Shown here in pieces: positions 11,600-24,764 of a DNA stretch of 64,000 nt; position 1 is the first letter of the stretch, and each line of letters starts with the position of its first letter. The notes beneath the pieces are model-generated. The model searched no databases, was not told the origin of the DNA, and saw nothing but the letters and a program-made list of their open reading frames with translations. The translations under genes and the position numbers were made by a program. Source of the stretch: Marsupella aquatica (Eukaryota > Plantae > Marchantiophyta); the NCBI GenBank assembly GCA_973895155.1, contig OZ316892.1, positions 2,359,223 through 2,423,222 of the forward strand, read 5' to 3'.

Positions 11600-12918
11600 G
11601 ACCTTGACAACTGAACTGTGTTTTCTCCCGGCGCTACAATCGCCTAGACCCGACCATGCGAATATCAGTCGTTCGTCGGAGAGAAGGACGATCAACCTCA
11701 GCTTGATGCGATTCTATTTCAGCTCTATTCTTGAAGAAGAAAACTTTGGATTGGGAGAGAAAGACGATTATTTCGTTGTTTGGCGTGGTTCTATTTCAGC
11801 TCTGCGTAGTGAAGAAAAGCAACCCAGCCGTTGCAAAAGTCGACTATCAACTGAAGAACTAAAACCTCGTAAGCTGCAACATTCCAATGTTTGACGAACA
11901 ACCGAAGACTAAACCTCATGAGTTGCAAGTTTGGATTTCTCCAGGACCTACAGTCGCCGATAGCCGACCATGCGAATGTCAGCCGTCCGTCGGAGAGAAA
12001 GGTGATCAACCTCGGCTTGATGCGATTCCACTTCAGCACTACTTCTCGAAGAGCTTTGGGTGGGAGAGAAAAACGATGAATCGATGTCATTGTTTGCGTG
12101 GTTCTACTTCAGCTCTGCCTTTTGAAGGAAAGAAACCCAGATTCGACTGAGAACAGAAGAACCACATCTAAAGTTGCCATGTTGCGCAAATTAATCGAAG
12201 ATCTGGACCTCGTGAGATTTGGAACCTCGTTCCCACAAAATCATTTCTTGTTAGAGTTGGTCGGTGGCGCTCCGTGAGGACCTATCCACATATTCGTGAT
12301 ACAGGTGATCAATCTCAGCTTGATGCGTTTTCACTTCAGCTCTACTTCTCGAAGAGGAAAGCTTTGGGTGGGAGAGAAAGGCGATGTATCGATGTCATTA
12401 TTTTCCGTGGTTCAACTTCGGTTCTACCTTTCGAAGGAAAGAAACCCAGCAATTAGACTGAGAACAGCACAACACAGTGAAAGTTGAGCAGCTATCCACA
12501 TATTCGTGATACAGGTTATCAATCTCGGCTTGATGCGTTTCCCTTCAGCTCTACTTCTCGAAGAAGAAAGCTTTGGGTGATAGAGAAAGGCGATGTATCG
12601 ATGTCATTATTCTCCGTGGTTCAACTTCGGCTCCACCTTTCGAAGGAAAGAAACCCAGCCCTTAGACTGACAACAGCAAAGCACAGGGAATGCTGCCACA
12701 CTGCGATAATGAATCGAAGAGCTGGACGTCAGATTTTTGGAAGCTCGACATCATTAAATTGTTTGATTCACACTGCGCTAATGAACCGAAGAGCTGGACG
12801 TTAGATTTTGGAAGCTCGAAATCATATTCTCGTTTGATTTAGTTGGTGGCGCTCCGTGAGGAGCTATCCAAATATTCGTGTATGCCGCGTTTGTATCCCG
12901 CGCACGGTATTCTTTAGT
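11600..12918 (+). repeat. Array of four degenerate ~140-bp core units in 200-310-bp periods (probable non-autonomous TE)
   Basis: The core ATCAAYCTCRGCTTGATGCG...GGGAGAGAAA...GAAGGAAAGAAACCCAG recurs at about 11690, 12005, 12308 and 12518. Confidence 0.75.
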
Positions 12919-13149
12919 AAAAGGCGAAAGAATAGTTCGCTATGTGCTGAACACACGGCAGAGGTGACAGGAGAGGAGCAGCGACTGCTATTTTGTTCAA
13001 TACTTGAGTTATGTTTGCATGCCCCACTTATGGTTTATTTCTAGCTCTCGGCAGCCTCCAATCCGCCAGCTCAGTGCTCGTGCTTCAAAGCAAGTACACT
13101 TGAAAGCCTCGAAAAAGCGGAGAATGTGCATTTGCTTTGCAGCACTTGA

Positions 13150-13470
13150 AAGCTGAAAGCAGACCCATCCAAGAGAGGATACTAGACATTCTGCTTCTGA
13201 GCCTGTCATTCGGTAGGGTAACCAGTACCAGGGATCCGAGAAAGTAGAGGATACTAGACTTTCTGCTCCGGAGCATGTGATTCGGTAGGGTTACCACAAG
13301 GGGACCATACCAGGGATCCGACAAGGACCAAGAGATAGAGAGAGTTTAAACCAAAGCCCCAAAACGGGTCAGCCAGAGGCTGATAAGAAACCAGACAGTA
13401 CTCCCACAACTACACCCCACCTACACACATACCCTCCACACCCCTTTGCCTGTGGAGGGCGGTTCCAAGT
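13150..13470 (-). mobile_element. Copy of a putative tRNA-derived SINE family (5'-truncated, with an internal ~62-bp duplication)
   Basis: The reverse complement aligns by eye with 25830-26040 (CCAC..GCAA.GGGGTG...GGTGGGGTGTAGT...GATCCCTGG...TTGTGG...ACCCTA...CATGCTCC). Confidence 0.55.
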
Positions 13471-14627
13471 GTTGTCATAACATAAACCATGACTCCATAG
13501 AGAAAAAGAATTTGGCAAAGATCAACCAAGACTCTATCCTAAACACTTAAATAAGACTCTATTACCAAGCAAGCATGACTCCGTTCCTTGGAAAGAAGTG
13601 TTGCGAAAACATAAATCACAACTCCATCAATCATGACTCTTATTAACCAAAGTACTAGGCTCCCTTGAACACTTAGACTATGTTACTGACAAAGCAAGTA
13701 TGACTATGTTGGAAAGAAGTGTTCACTTGCCAAAACATAAACCATGACTCCACAAGGAAGAAGTCAACAACACAAAGTCGATTGGGCCGGAGCGTGCGAT
13801 CAAAAGTGAAGGTTGCCAAAACATACACCCGAAGTCGATCACACAAAGTTGATCGGGCCGGAGCACGTGACAAAATGTTAGAGTATTGGTTTAAGTTCTA
13901 GTAAACTCGGGCCGGAGCGGGCAGCAGCATCAGGGACTGGGACGGGCAGTGTACGGTGCCCCAGGAAAATGGGGGCACATTAACTCTAAGTAGATCTAAC
14001 TCGTGGTAGAATAATGCACACTCAAGATTTGTATCCACTCATTGTGAAGATTCAACCTTGATTCAAATTAGTAAATTAAATTAAAAACGCTAGGCCTTAT
14101 GTGTATTAGGGTTCTTTTCCCTCATTATGGGCAAGATGTCCTGCAACTATTTGGGGGCATCATAACACACAAAGCCCTGTAAATTGGGCTTTACTAGTCT
14201 TGATTATGCCCTTCCTGATTTTTCTCTTTGTAATTTCTAGGGTATTATTTATTCCCGTATTTATTGAATAAGATTTGGAGAACCGTCATAAAGATTAGTA
14301 AAGATGAAAATCTCTTAGGCTTTGAAGTGTGCACACTCCTATTGGGATAGTACTTACCGGGAAAGTATTTTCACATTTAAGGGATGGTTATTTTGTTGTT
14401 TTGATTCATGAACTAAGGTGGCACGAGCTGCAACAATCAGTTGATTTATGAATTAGTTCACTAACGTACTTGCACAAGGTTCCAGTTCACCAGGTCCAAA
14501 CAATATCTCATTCAAGAAGAGATTCAAACCTTCCAGACTTCAAGACTGAGTTAGTACATCGTGGCAAGTCAAGAAGTGTGAACGTGCCAGCTAGCTTGAA
14601 AGCGCTCGCAAGAACGAATTGATAGAA

Positions 14628-14750
14628 GAAAACATGGTAGGCCGGCTAAAGGTTTTGGTACTGATAGCTTTTGCAGACAGAAGGAAACATGGTACGTCGG
14701 TTAAAGGTTTTTGTACTGATAGCTTTTGCAGACAGAAGGAAACATGGTGG
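14628..14750. repeat. ~55-bp tandem repeat (just over 2 copies)
   Basis: GAAACATGGTA...TAAAGGTTTT.GTACTGATAGCTTTTGCAGACAGAAG is repeated. Confidence 0.85.
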
Positions 14751-15880
14751 GTCCATCCGTGGGCCTTCTGTATAAATGCAAACCACTCACGGAATGAATA
14801 CATACACATTAGTGTGGACTTGCCAGTCCACGACAGTGGTGTTTGGCTCATTCAGCTCTAGATCAGACTCTCTAGTCCAAGACGGGATAGGAAAGTCTGA
14901 TTTTTTTAATTTTAGACCACAATCGCACGTACTCACTTAGATTGGAGTCCACTGGAGGAGAGAAGTTCAGTGCAGGTGAGACGGGATAGATTGACATAAC
15001 ATGGTGAATGTCAATCTAGACACAGGACCCCATTGTCTGAACGCACTGTCGCTGCATGAATTTGCGTATCCTACTACATATGCACCAAAGAGTTTGTTGG
15101 GGCCAAGAGATCGATAGGGGTACAATTCTGATGCCGGGGAGAATGCTGATGCGACGCGAGAGAGAACTGTGACGAGCTAAAGTGCTGCAGATATATATCC
15201 TTGTCTACCTTTGACCTGAGTTTTAGAGATCAAATCGGTGCAGTTGATTGGCCCAGCTATTCTTTCGCAGGCACCGTACCAAATGTTGAAGTGACCCACG
15301 AAGCACTCGATGGTCGATCGGTCGAACCGAGCGTCGAACCAGCCAGATAACTTAGTCAAATGGAAATGAACGACTCCAGTTCTGCAGACTGGAATGGAAA
15401 GCTTGCCCTATCATTATATTTTTGTCGAGTGGTTATCAATCTGTCAAACGTAGATGACGTTCTGGCCGCTCTAGCTAATGCCTTCCAAGCTGCCATCATC
15501 AATATATCTCTTCATGCTCGTCGCGGACTATGGAGGCTATCTGTTTATTTCTTGCAATGCAACACTACTTCGATCAAGTTGGAAACGATGATTGTCTGAT
15601 CTGTACGTCTCAAGGGAGAAGCCTTCTTACAATTCGACTCTTATTCGTAACTCTTGATTCTTTCTTGGACTGAGCACACTTCGCTTGAAAGAGTTGAACT
15701 CAGGCACGAGTAAATTCTACAGAGCTCTAGCTAGTTCGAGCCTAGCTACATTAGAAAGACTAGTCAGTTGGATCAGGAGTAAAAACTTAACAAAGCTTGG
15801 ATGCCCCAACAGCGGGCCCAAGAGTTCTCGTTGTACCGGCCAACCCGTATACCAATTGAAATAAATGACTGGAAGATAAA

Positions 15881-17613
15881 ATGACGACGACTATCAAGGC
15901 AAACAACGAAACAGCCGGTGACGGTATCCTTCTCCGACCGGGAGGGAGGGGACCATGGATGATCTGTGTAATGTTTCTGCTACTAGTTACCGTCATCCTG
16001 AACTTGGACTTTCAGGGCGAGGGCAGAATTACATCCATCAACCTGTTTGCACAGTATTCTCTGGAACTGCCCTTGTTCAGCTCCATGAGTATGAGTGCTC
16101 CACACAAATTCTGGCACAACTTGTTGTTGGAGGAACCATATGATTACACAAGCACGCTAATCGGTCTCTTACATTTGAACTCCACAGGTGCCAACCCTTG
16201 CTACCAGGCCATTACGAACTTCACGATATTGGAAGGGCTTCCCGAACCGGTTACCGGGAAATATCTCTTCGCAACTGACGTCTTGCATCGGCTGACTCTC
16301 GTCGCGTACGAGGAGAATGGGTTGAGAAGATGCGCTGGAGGAGACTACTTCGAGGTGGATTTGCATAGCGATTACTACAAATCACGGCTCCCCACGGTGG
16401 ACTTTGGAAACGGGAGTTACGGTCTGGACCTCATTGTCCCAGCCAGATTTGCCGGACCCTTCGTCCTGGAGATCTCCCTCCTTTACGGCAACTGGCACGG
16501 CCTAGAGGTTGTCCCAGACCAGTGGGCCAAAATGTCCATAATACTGTCCGAGAAATTGAAAATGGTTGCCGAATTGTTTGGTGACCCCAAGACCAGAAGG
16601 CCCCAACGCGCTCCTCTCAAGCAATGTACTCAGGCCGATTTCGATGATCTAACTTCATGGCAAGGGCGGTGGACTCGCAGCTGGTTCAACGAGTCGTGCG
16701 AGGCAGACGAGCAAAAACGCTTCCGATGCCTTCCCAAGGACCATTACAATTGCGAGGAGCCGTGGTGCTTCGGACCAGTTGGCAGCATTGACAGCAACGG
16801 CTGGGCATACTCGGCTCACTGCAGCTTCAAGATCTTTACAGCAGAAGAGGCTTGGAAGTGTCTAGACGGCAGGTGGTTCCTGCTGTGGGGTGACTCCAAC
16901 TTCCTAGACACAGCTCGCAACCTTATTCTCTTTGTGATGGATCAACCGTTGCCTGATGGGGAGTGGTTGGGAGGCTACAATTTCAAACGCAATTACGAAG
17001 TCACGTTCGTCAATCAGCATGCTCCAGACCAGACCTTCCAAATCAGCCAGATCTGGAACGGAGCCTTCCGAGAGGTGGACATTGGAGAGGGCCTAGACGT
17101 TCTCAAAATCGAGGAGCATCAGCAGAGACTGCTCGATCATTTCAACGGCACCAATAGATGGCCGGACACGATCGTCATGAACTCGGGGATGCACGACGGT
17201 ATCCGCCAAGCTACGACCGAGAGCTACGTTGCGATTGCGGAGTGGGCCATTGACTGGTGGATCAAATTCTACAACAACCTGCCTCAGAATCGAAGGCCCC
17301 AGCTGTTGTGGAGGACCACCATCGCACCCGCGGGATGGGTGAGGCACATGCCGTCGAATCCCAACAAACTGGAGATGTATAATCACATCATGATGGAGAA
17401 ACTGGTGGGGGTAAGAGATGTTTTGCCCATCAAGTTCATCGATACGTTTGATCTCACGTTTCCTTTCCATTACAACAATGAGTACTGTGATGGTGGGCAT
17501 TATGGTCGTCCCCCGGCTCAAATGAGACTCCCTGGTTTGACAATCCGCACTGGTATTTCGTGGATATCATGCTTGCTCACATGTGGCTCAATGCTCTTTG
17601 TCCTTCCACGTAA
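15881..17613 (+). CDS. Intronless type-II membrane protein of the plant NXPE-like (Ig/filamin-like + SGNH/PC-esterase) family, with an apparent 1-nt frameshift at 17510-17514
   Basis: N-terminal TM helix; GGDYFEVDL...DFGNGSY Ig-like motif; catalytic-type WGDSN, NSGMHD and DGGHYG motifs. The conserved tail HWYFVDIMLAHMWLNALCPST* is in a shifted frame (TAA 17611-17613). Confidence 0.8.
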
Positions 17614-19469
17614 AAATTCGTGCTGGTCTACACAATTTTGGTGTGAAGTGGACTTCAGTAGCCGTTGATTCACCTACACTTCGATTGAAATTCTCCTACG
17701 TGATCCCCGACGTGATCTTACTTCTGCATTTGTCCAAAAAGAAAGGACAAAAAACCTTCTCCATGACTGTCCTTGAATGAGCACTCCTAATGATGATTCT
17801 TCAATGTGTCCAGTCTTCTCAGCTCTGCATTGAAAACTGTGGTAGCCGCCGATAATTTATTGCGCACAGAAACCCCACGACTCGCTATTTTATTATGGTT
17901 CTATAAAATAAAATTGCGTTGTTCTGGTTTGAATTAACATCATTTGTTTTGAATTTGCGAGCTTCTTGGATATTCTCCAGCAGTTCATTTGGACCAGTTG
18001 CTAAAAGTTTCCATTTTATGTTGTGGTAAAATATTTGGGTCCACAAGCGCTTATATCGCCAAAAGCAACGATGAAACCCAGTCTACAGGTATGTTTTCCT
18101 CCAAACTGTCAGTCATGTAATCCAGATCAAAGGTCAGAACCTCCCCAACTTCCAGTAAGGGGTCTCACATTTAGACTTTTCACATTCCCTAAGTGATCTG
18201 TTCCAATTACAGTCACAAGTGTTACTTACCTGAGGTCATGGTCCATGATGTCTGCTCATCAACAAAGTATCGATATGCTATGCACATGAAGAAGTTCTAA
18301 TCAAGATTAGCCAAGAAGAACTTTGTAAAGAAAAATCCCATGATCATGCATAGTCATGGCTAAGCCATATACAGCAAAGACCATAGATGCCCCTAATCAG
18401 ATCACCTCTAAAGTACCACAGTGGATCCATATTCTTGAATACGTCCCCCAACCCCAGCCCCGGAGCTTTCCTTCCCGAGTTCGGGCAACAAGACAGCATA
18501 AGGCGAGCATAGACTTTGCCAGGTAGACAATAGATGCGTGTGTAAAGGAAGTCACCAACAAGTAAGTTGTCTAAGAAAGTACGTTATGATATGGCCGCCA
18601 GCAGCACATATGCAGTTGGTGCTAACAACCAAGAAGTTGAAGTTGAGGAAACAAAGAAGTTTTCAAAGCTTTGTATGTGTCATGCCCGGACGCCTTCGTC
18701 CCACCCTTTCAACTAGGAAAGGTGAGCGAGACTTGTGGAAACTATGAATTGATCACAAAGTGGACTCACGCAGTCGAGTTGAGGCTCGCCTTCACATGAA
18801 ACAGTGTCTCCGTGATTTGATCGGTTTGATAGTTCGGCAAACACCAATTACGGATCTCTTTCGACATAAATAACCGAACTCCAATTTCTGTTCAGAAGCT
18901 TTCCCTAATGTCAAGCCAGTGACTACCTTATAAGCTGCTACACTGTTCAGCAATGTGCTTTCGAAAATTTATTTAAAACATTGAGATTCACTGGAGATGT
19001 TGTTCAATTATGTCACTGGAAATTTCCTACCAAACATCTATTGTAATCCTACCCACACTACACAAATGAGCAATCTACTATTCTTACAGCCCTCCCGAAC
19101 CTTTCCCTTCATCAAAATAACGGACTTCCTGGTAGAGTGTAGTCTATATAACTTGTTGGCGTTGACGCTGTAAGCTTGGACATGACGCAAAAATGTAACC
19201 ACACAGATCCCACCTCGATGAGTCAGAAGTCGACGTAACATGGTTCGGCTTGGCTGTGTGGCTAAATTGCAAAGCTTGCACCCTAATATGTTTTATCAGC
19301 TTGTCATAGGACTACCGTCATTTGCCCATATTGCCAGACTTAAATACCTGCGATATCTATCAGTTTTAAACCTGCTGCTACTATGGTCTTGAATGGTATA
19401 AAGTGGTGAAGTCTCCTGCAAGTAATACAATCCGGCAAACAATAATGGAATATAAACTCGTCGCATCGG

Positions 19470-22400
19470 TCATTGATACATCTTCCTCGCCACATAAAAA
19501 CTCAGCAACGACGATCCCACAGAAATAGCGACCAGGACGCTCAGGAGGCCATTGTTGAAGGGAATAGGCCTTAAACTGGTAGAATGTTTCTTGTCATCCG
19601 CCTCATCAGAAGTGATGCCATCTGGACCAGAGGCCTTTGACTTTCTGTTTCTCAATTCCCCTGGGAAATCCCTCGAGGTGGATGCCGCAGAGCTGATTTG
19701 AGCTTGGAGCTTTTCATACTCCAGTTTCTGGGCATACCATGGAGCTAAATTAGTTCCAATTAGTTCCTGTGTTGCGCCCAACTAGCAAACCATCGTTGGG
19801 AACAGGACCCACAGCAGCAAGCCTTCAAGATTTAAGAACTTGAAGATCCACAAGAACAAGATATATCCGTTTAACACCCAAGACGATGTGACATCATATC
19901 ACTGGATGCCGCAGTGGGAGAGACAGTGCACCTGAGATGCGAGCTGTTCCTTAAGCGTTGAAGCCTCCTCTTCCCCACTGCGAGAGCTTGTAAGAGCGCT
20001 CAACTCTTCTTTGAGCTTGGACACATCTTCTTGTGCACTGGCAGATTTTTTCTGCTCCTCCGCAAGACTATCCTTGAGATTTGATAGCTCTTCTTGCGCA
20101 CTGGTAGATTTCTCCTGCTCCTTTGCAAGCGTGGCATTCTGTATACAGTGTGAAACGGCCACCTCAAAAGAGGATCTACAAGATCCAGCCGTTTCAAAAT
20201 CTAATGGATAGAACCAGGCCAAGTTCAAAAATTCAGGCTTTAGGGCGTGCAGTCAAAATGAACACAAGTAGAGTTGCAAAAAGTCATATGAAGAACTCGT
20301 ACAAAGACAAAGGTTGCAAAGGAAAAAGACCATTTCACGGTGTCTTTCTTCAGATGAGTGTAGCTTTTGTTGCAGCTCGTCCAGGAGCCGTAATTTTGTC
20401 AGCTTGATTTCAGCTTCCCTCAACTGCCCCCTAATGTCCCGCAGCTCCCCATCAAGTGCAGTCTCCTTGGCAGATCTGAAGTTCCTTGTCTTCGTAGTCT
20501 CTTGTTCCCTTTCAAGTTCAACCTCTTTGAGACGGTTTTGAGTATTCACAAGGGTTGTCCCAATGGCATCTTTCTCCGAGGTGAGATTAGCGATCTGCAA
20601 AACCACATCGCTTTGTAAGGAAGCCATTTTCCTCAGCACTGTGATTTCAGAATACCACAAAACATTTTCATACCATCATCTCGTTATGTTGAGCTCATAT
20701 TCCAGGTCTACCAATCCACACATGACACACGAGCAAGATTGAAACACATGCCAAGCCGATGTTTCACACATAACTAGTATGAGCATCTTCTCGCAGTTGT
20801 GCCAAATTGTACAGTGACACAGATCGGGTTGTCATGGAGATATTCTTAAGATTCTCAGGAGAACTTCTCAAAGTCAATCCTTAACAACAGAACTCACACG
20901 ACGTAGTGTCCAAAAAATACAGATTAATATGAGTTTCACTGCCTTCGTGACCGTTTCGTAAACATGGAGATGAAAAAACCCAATGACATAGTAAGAACCG
21001 GAAGAACAATTGTAGTAACCTTCGCATTCAGGTGCTCCCGCTCAGTATCTGACTGAGTCTTAAGTTTGGCCACCTCTTCAGTCAAAGATCCACTACTTTC
21101 AGTCACGGCAACCAATTGTGCTTGCAGGGTAGACGCCCTCTCTTCGGCCAATTTAAGTTTCTCCTCCAGGTGTTTAACTCGTGCATCACCGTCCTCAGAT
21201 TTTTTCTTTAATACTTCCAGGTCAGACAACAATTGTGCCGCTCCTTCTTGAGCTGAAACAAGTTGATTGTTCAATTCTGAATGACTTAGTTCTCCATGCT
21301 GAACTTTCTCTTCGAGGGCCTGCAGTTTTTCCTGCAGTGACTGGGCCTCTGAAGTAGCTTCGGTATGCTTTGCTTGTACTTCAGAAAGGGTCGATTTCAG
21401 GGATTCTGCCTCCTGCACTGCATCTTGTGCTTGAGTTTGATGCTGAGTCAGCAATTCCTCGAGCTTGATAGACCTATCCTGGACTTCCTTTGCAGTGCTT
21501 TCATGGTGTGCTGCATGATCCTCGGTAATCTTAAGCTTCTGCTCAAGTTCCGTTTCTCTTTCTCGAGCAGCACTGAGCTCCTGTTCGACCTGAGCCAATT
21601 TTGACTGTAACTCCCGTAAGGTTCCAGCGTGCTTTGTTGTCTCCAACTTCGACTCGTCCAGCTGTGACTTAGTTGACTCTAACAAATCTCCAGCTTCTTT
21701 CAGCTTTCCTTCATATACGACCACCAAGCCTTCTAGCTCAGACACCTTCCCTGCGTGCAGCATGACGTTGTTTTCGTGTTGTTGCGAGTTACTCTCATGC
21801 TCCCTTGCTTTCTCTTCGGCAAACTTCAACCTCTCTTCCAACTGAGATAGTTGTGCTTCAGTTTCCTTCAAAGTTGCTTCAGTATTTGAGCCAGCTGCCA
21901 GCTGTCCCTTGAGCGTGTCAACCTCACCCTGTAAGGAAACAACAGCCTCCTTATATGCTTGGAGATTACCCTCATGCAAGGCAACTAAATCCTGATGTTC
22001 GACTACCTTGCTTTGGGTAATCTTCAGCTGCGCTTGGGCCTCTGAGATTTCAGCTTGCAATGATTGAACAGTTTCTTCATGAGCCTTGGATTTCTCGTCA
22101 TGAGTAGCGACCAGACTTTCCAGCTCTGCTGACCTACTAGAAAACTTGTTGGCAGTCTCCTCGTGAGACTTTGCCGCAGTCTCGTACTCCTGGGCTTTTC
22201 CAGCAGTCTCCTTCAATTCACTCTCCAGAGCCGCAAGTTTCTCTTGTAGTGATAGCAAACTCTCTTCTTGAGCCGTGGATTTCTCTTCCAAAGCGACTGA
22301 CCTATTCGAGAACTTGTTGGCATTTTCCTCATGGGACTTTGCTGCAGCCTCATGTTCCTGGGCTTTTCCTGCAGTCTCCGTCAATTCAGCTTCCAGAGCT

Positions 22401-23341
22401 GCAACCTTCTCCTGCAGTGATAGAACAGTTTCTTCGTGACCCTTGGATTGTTCTTCGTGACTGGCGACCAAGCTTTCCAGCTCCGTTGATCTACTAGAAA
22501 ACTGGATAGAATTTTCCTCATGAGACTTTGCCGCAGCCTCGTGTTCCTCGGCTCTTCCAGCAGTCTCCTTCAATTCAGCTTCCAGAGCAGCGATTTTCTC
22601 CGTCAAAGACGCAGCCTTGGCAGCTGAATCGCCGGCTTTTGTGTTCGTCTCCGCCAGCTCCGCCTCTTTTGTCCTCAATTCTGCGAGATGAGATTCAATT
22701 TCAGCCTTCAGCTTCTCGTCACCCTCCTGGTACTTAGTTTCGGTTGCGGCAAGAGATGATTCTGTCTCTGCCGCTTTTTGTTCCGCAGCATCTTTTGCCG
22801 TTCTTGCTTCCTTCAAGCTTATATTGAGCTCTTCCACTTGTTTTAACGCAGCCGAGGCCTTTTCCTCACTGACCTTCGCTGCCTCCGAAGAAGAAGAAAC
22901 TTTTTCTATATGTTCTTTTACTTTTCCTTCGAGCTCAGCGATCTTGGCCTCTGCCAGTTGTTGGGCCTCGGTGTGTTCCTTTAAATGGTCCTTCAGTCTC
23001 TGTACCTTGGCTTTCTTCTTCTTCAACTTCTGCAGAGTTAAATGTGAGTCCGAACATCAGATTTGACATTGCAAATTACGAGAAGAGGGAAGAATGACAG
23101 ACAGATCTCGCAGACCATTAATCATTTTACAACTTTTATGCCTTGGAAACGTTGTTACACAGTACTTTGACGGCAGTGCTCCCAGAATTGAGGAATAGAA
23201 GAAATCACACGTATAGCAACTCACCTGAGTATAGACTTCCGCTGGAATGGGATCCAAATCACCATTGGCCCCTCCATTGTCCCCAAAAGCGTTCTTAGGA
23301 GTTACATCGCCCGCCACCTGTTCTGATTCCGGGTCTGCCAT
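19470..23341 (-). CDS. Long coiled-coil, C-terminally tail-anchored membrane protein (PICC/PICL-like), multi-exon
   Basis: Exons at about 23341-23225, 23031-21021, ~20597-20335, ~20141-19932 and ~19729-19470. E/K/A/L-rich heptads; the C-terminus SRD...RKSK is followed by a TM helix LLSVLVAISVGSSLLSFYVA and a short basic tail, as in plant PICC-type ER proteins. Confidence 0.75.
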
Positions 23342-23959
23342 GCATGAATGTTACAGAAGTGATGCGATCAACGAAGAGCGAACCTGCAGCATCATAACAA
23401 ATCACTTTTAAGAATTTAGTTAACGCCTAGGAGCAAAATCTCCCAGGGCTAAAAACAAATGAGCAGGCTTTTACATTCAAAAGTCTGTACGATCTGCGTC
23501 TCGGGTGTCATCGCTGCCTGCCTTCGAGAAGAGTCTCTCATGTAGTAGAAACCGATCTCTTTTCATTGATTCTCCCCGTCTTGTTATTCTATTATTCAAG
23601 CCCCTACGCGAGAAACTGTCTACTGTCAATCAAACTACAATAAGTCGAACGGAGATCCATCTTTACTGGCAATTGACGCACCAGACGATAGGAAGAACCT
23701 TCGAACAGTTTTGGACAAGATCTTCAAGAGGGGCACTCGGACGAATGAGATTCGGCCCTATGCTAAGTTAATGTTGTTGTCGATCCTCCGACGCAGAAGA
23801 ATGCAATCAGGCAACAAACGAATTCACGAAGACGGAACACAGAGATGCTGAAGATTCTACGATTCTCTGATGGAGAACAAGACTTCGGGGCGTTACGAAG
23901 GGCTCAATCGTACAAAGAGAAGGAACTAGAACAGCTCACTGTGAGCGAGAGGGAAATGA

Positions 23960-24420
23960 AAGAACGGAAGACGGAAAGAATGACGGACTGAATTTCACGG
24001 GAACGAGAGATTGAGGAAAGCATCCGATGTCTGAGTCGACAGACTGATCACAGTCTTCAATTACGCCTGCCATTCCACTTCTCACTGAAAGAAAGGAACA
24101 CCGAATGAACAATTTTCACAGGGGAACGAGAGACTGAGTAAAGCATCTGATGTCTGATTCAACACACCGATCACACTCGAATCTCACAGAGGAAAGAACG
24201 ACAGATGAGGAAGGTATCTGATGTCCGATTTGCCAGATCGATTACAGTCACCGATTACGAACGCCATTCCACTCCTCACGGGACGAAAGAATGAATGAAC
24301 CAATTTCACATGGGAACGAATGACAGATTGAGTAAAGCATTCGACAGCTGATGCAGCAGATCGATCACCACCACCACCACCATCGATTACCAACACCATT
24401 CCACTTCTTCCCAAAAACGC
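23960..24420. repeat. Degenerate tandem repeats (3-4 units of 75-125 bp) upstream of the coiled-coil gene
   Basis: Recurring AATTTCAC.GGGAACGA...GAGTAAAGCATC.GATGTC.GA...GATCACA...GCCATTCCACT. Confidence 0.7.
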
Positions 24421-24737
24421 CCACTTATAACTACCATGAAATACTACCCACCTGAATCGATTGATCCGATCGAATGATGTCTCAGGCCAGTCAGCCACCC
24501 CAGACCACATACAGCAGATTGTACCAGACCAGAGCACGCCGCGCTGCTACTCAGAGCTCAGCCCACCGACCTCTACACGACCTCTCTCTAGATGGACACC
24601 CTCTCCTACTCAATCGACCACCACCAACACCTTATCGTGCCCACATGCGCAACCATGCCCTTCCGATCAAATCAAATGGAAGGCAAGCGGACGAGAGATC
24701 GAGCGAATGAAGAAATATGAGTATGCTCCTGACAATG

Positions 24738-24764
24738 CTCTCTCTCTCTCTCTCTCTCTCTCTC
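24738..24764. repeat. (CT)n microsatellite
   Basis: About 13 CT units. Confidence 0.9.

Noticed and set aside
20936-21020. Apparent TM tail at the end of the 696-aa ORF
   Set aside because: Read-through into an intron after the AAG|GT donor near 21020; the real tail anchor is in the last exon (19470-19729).
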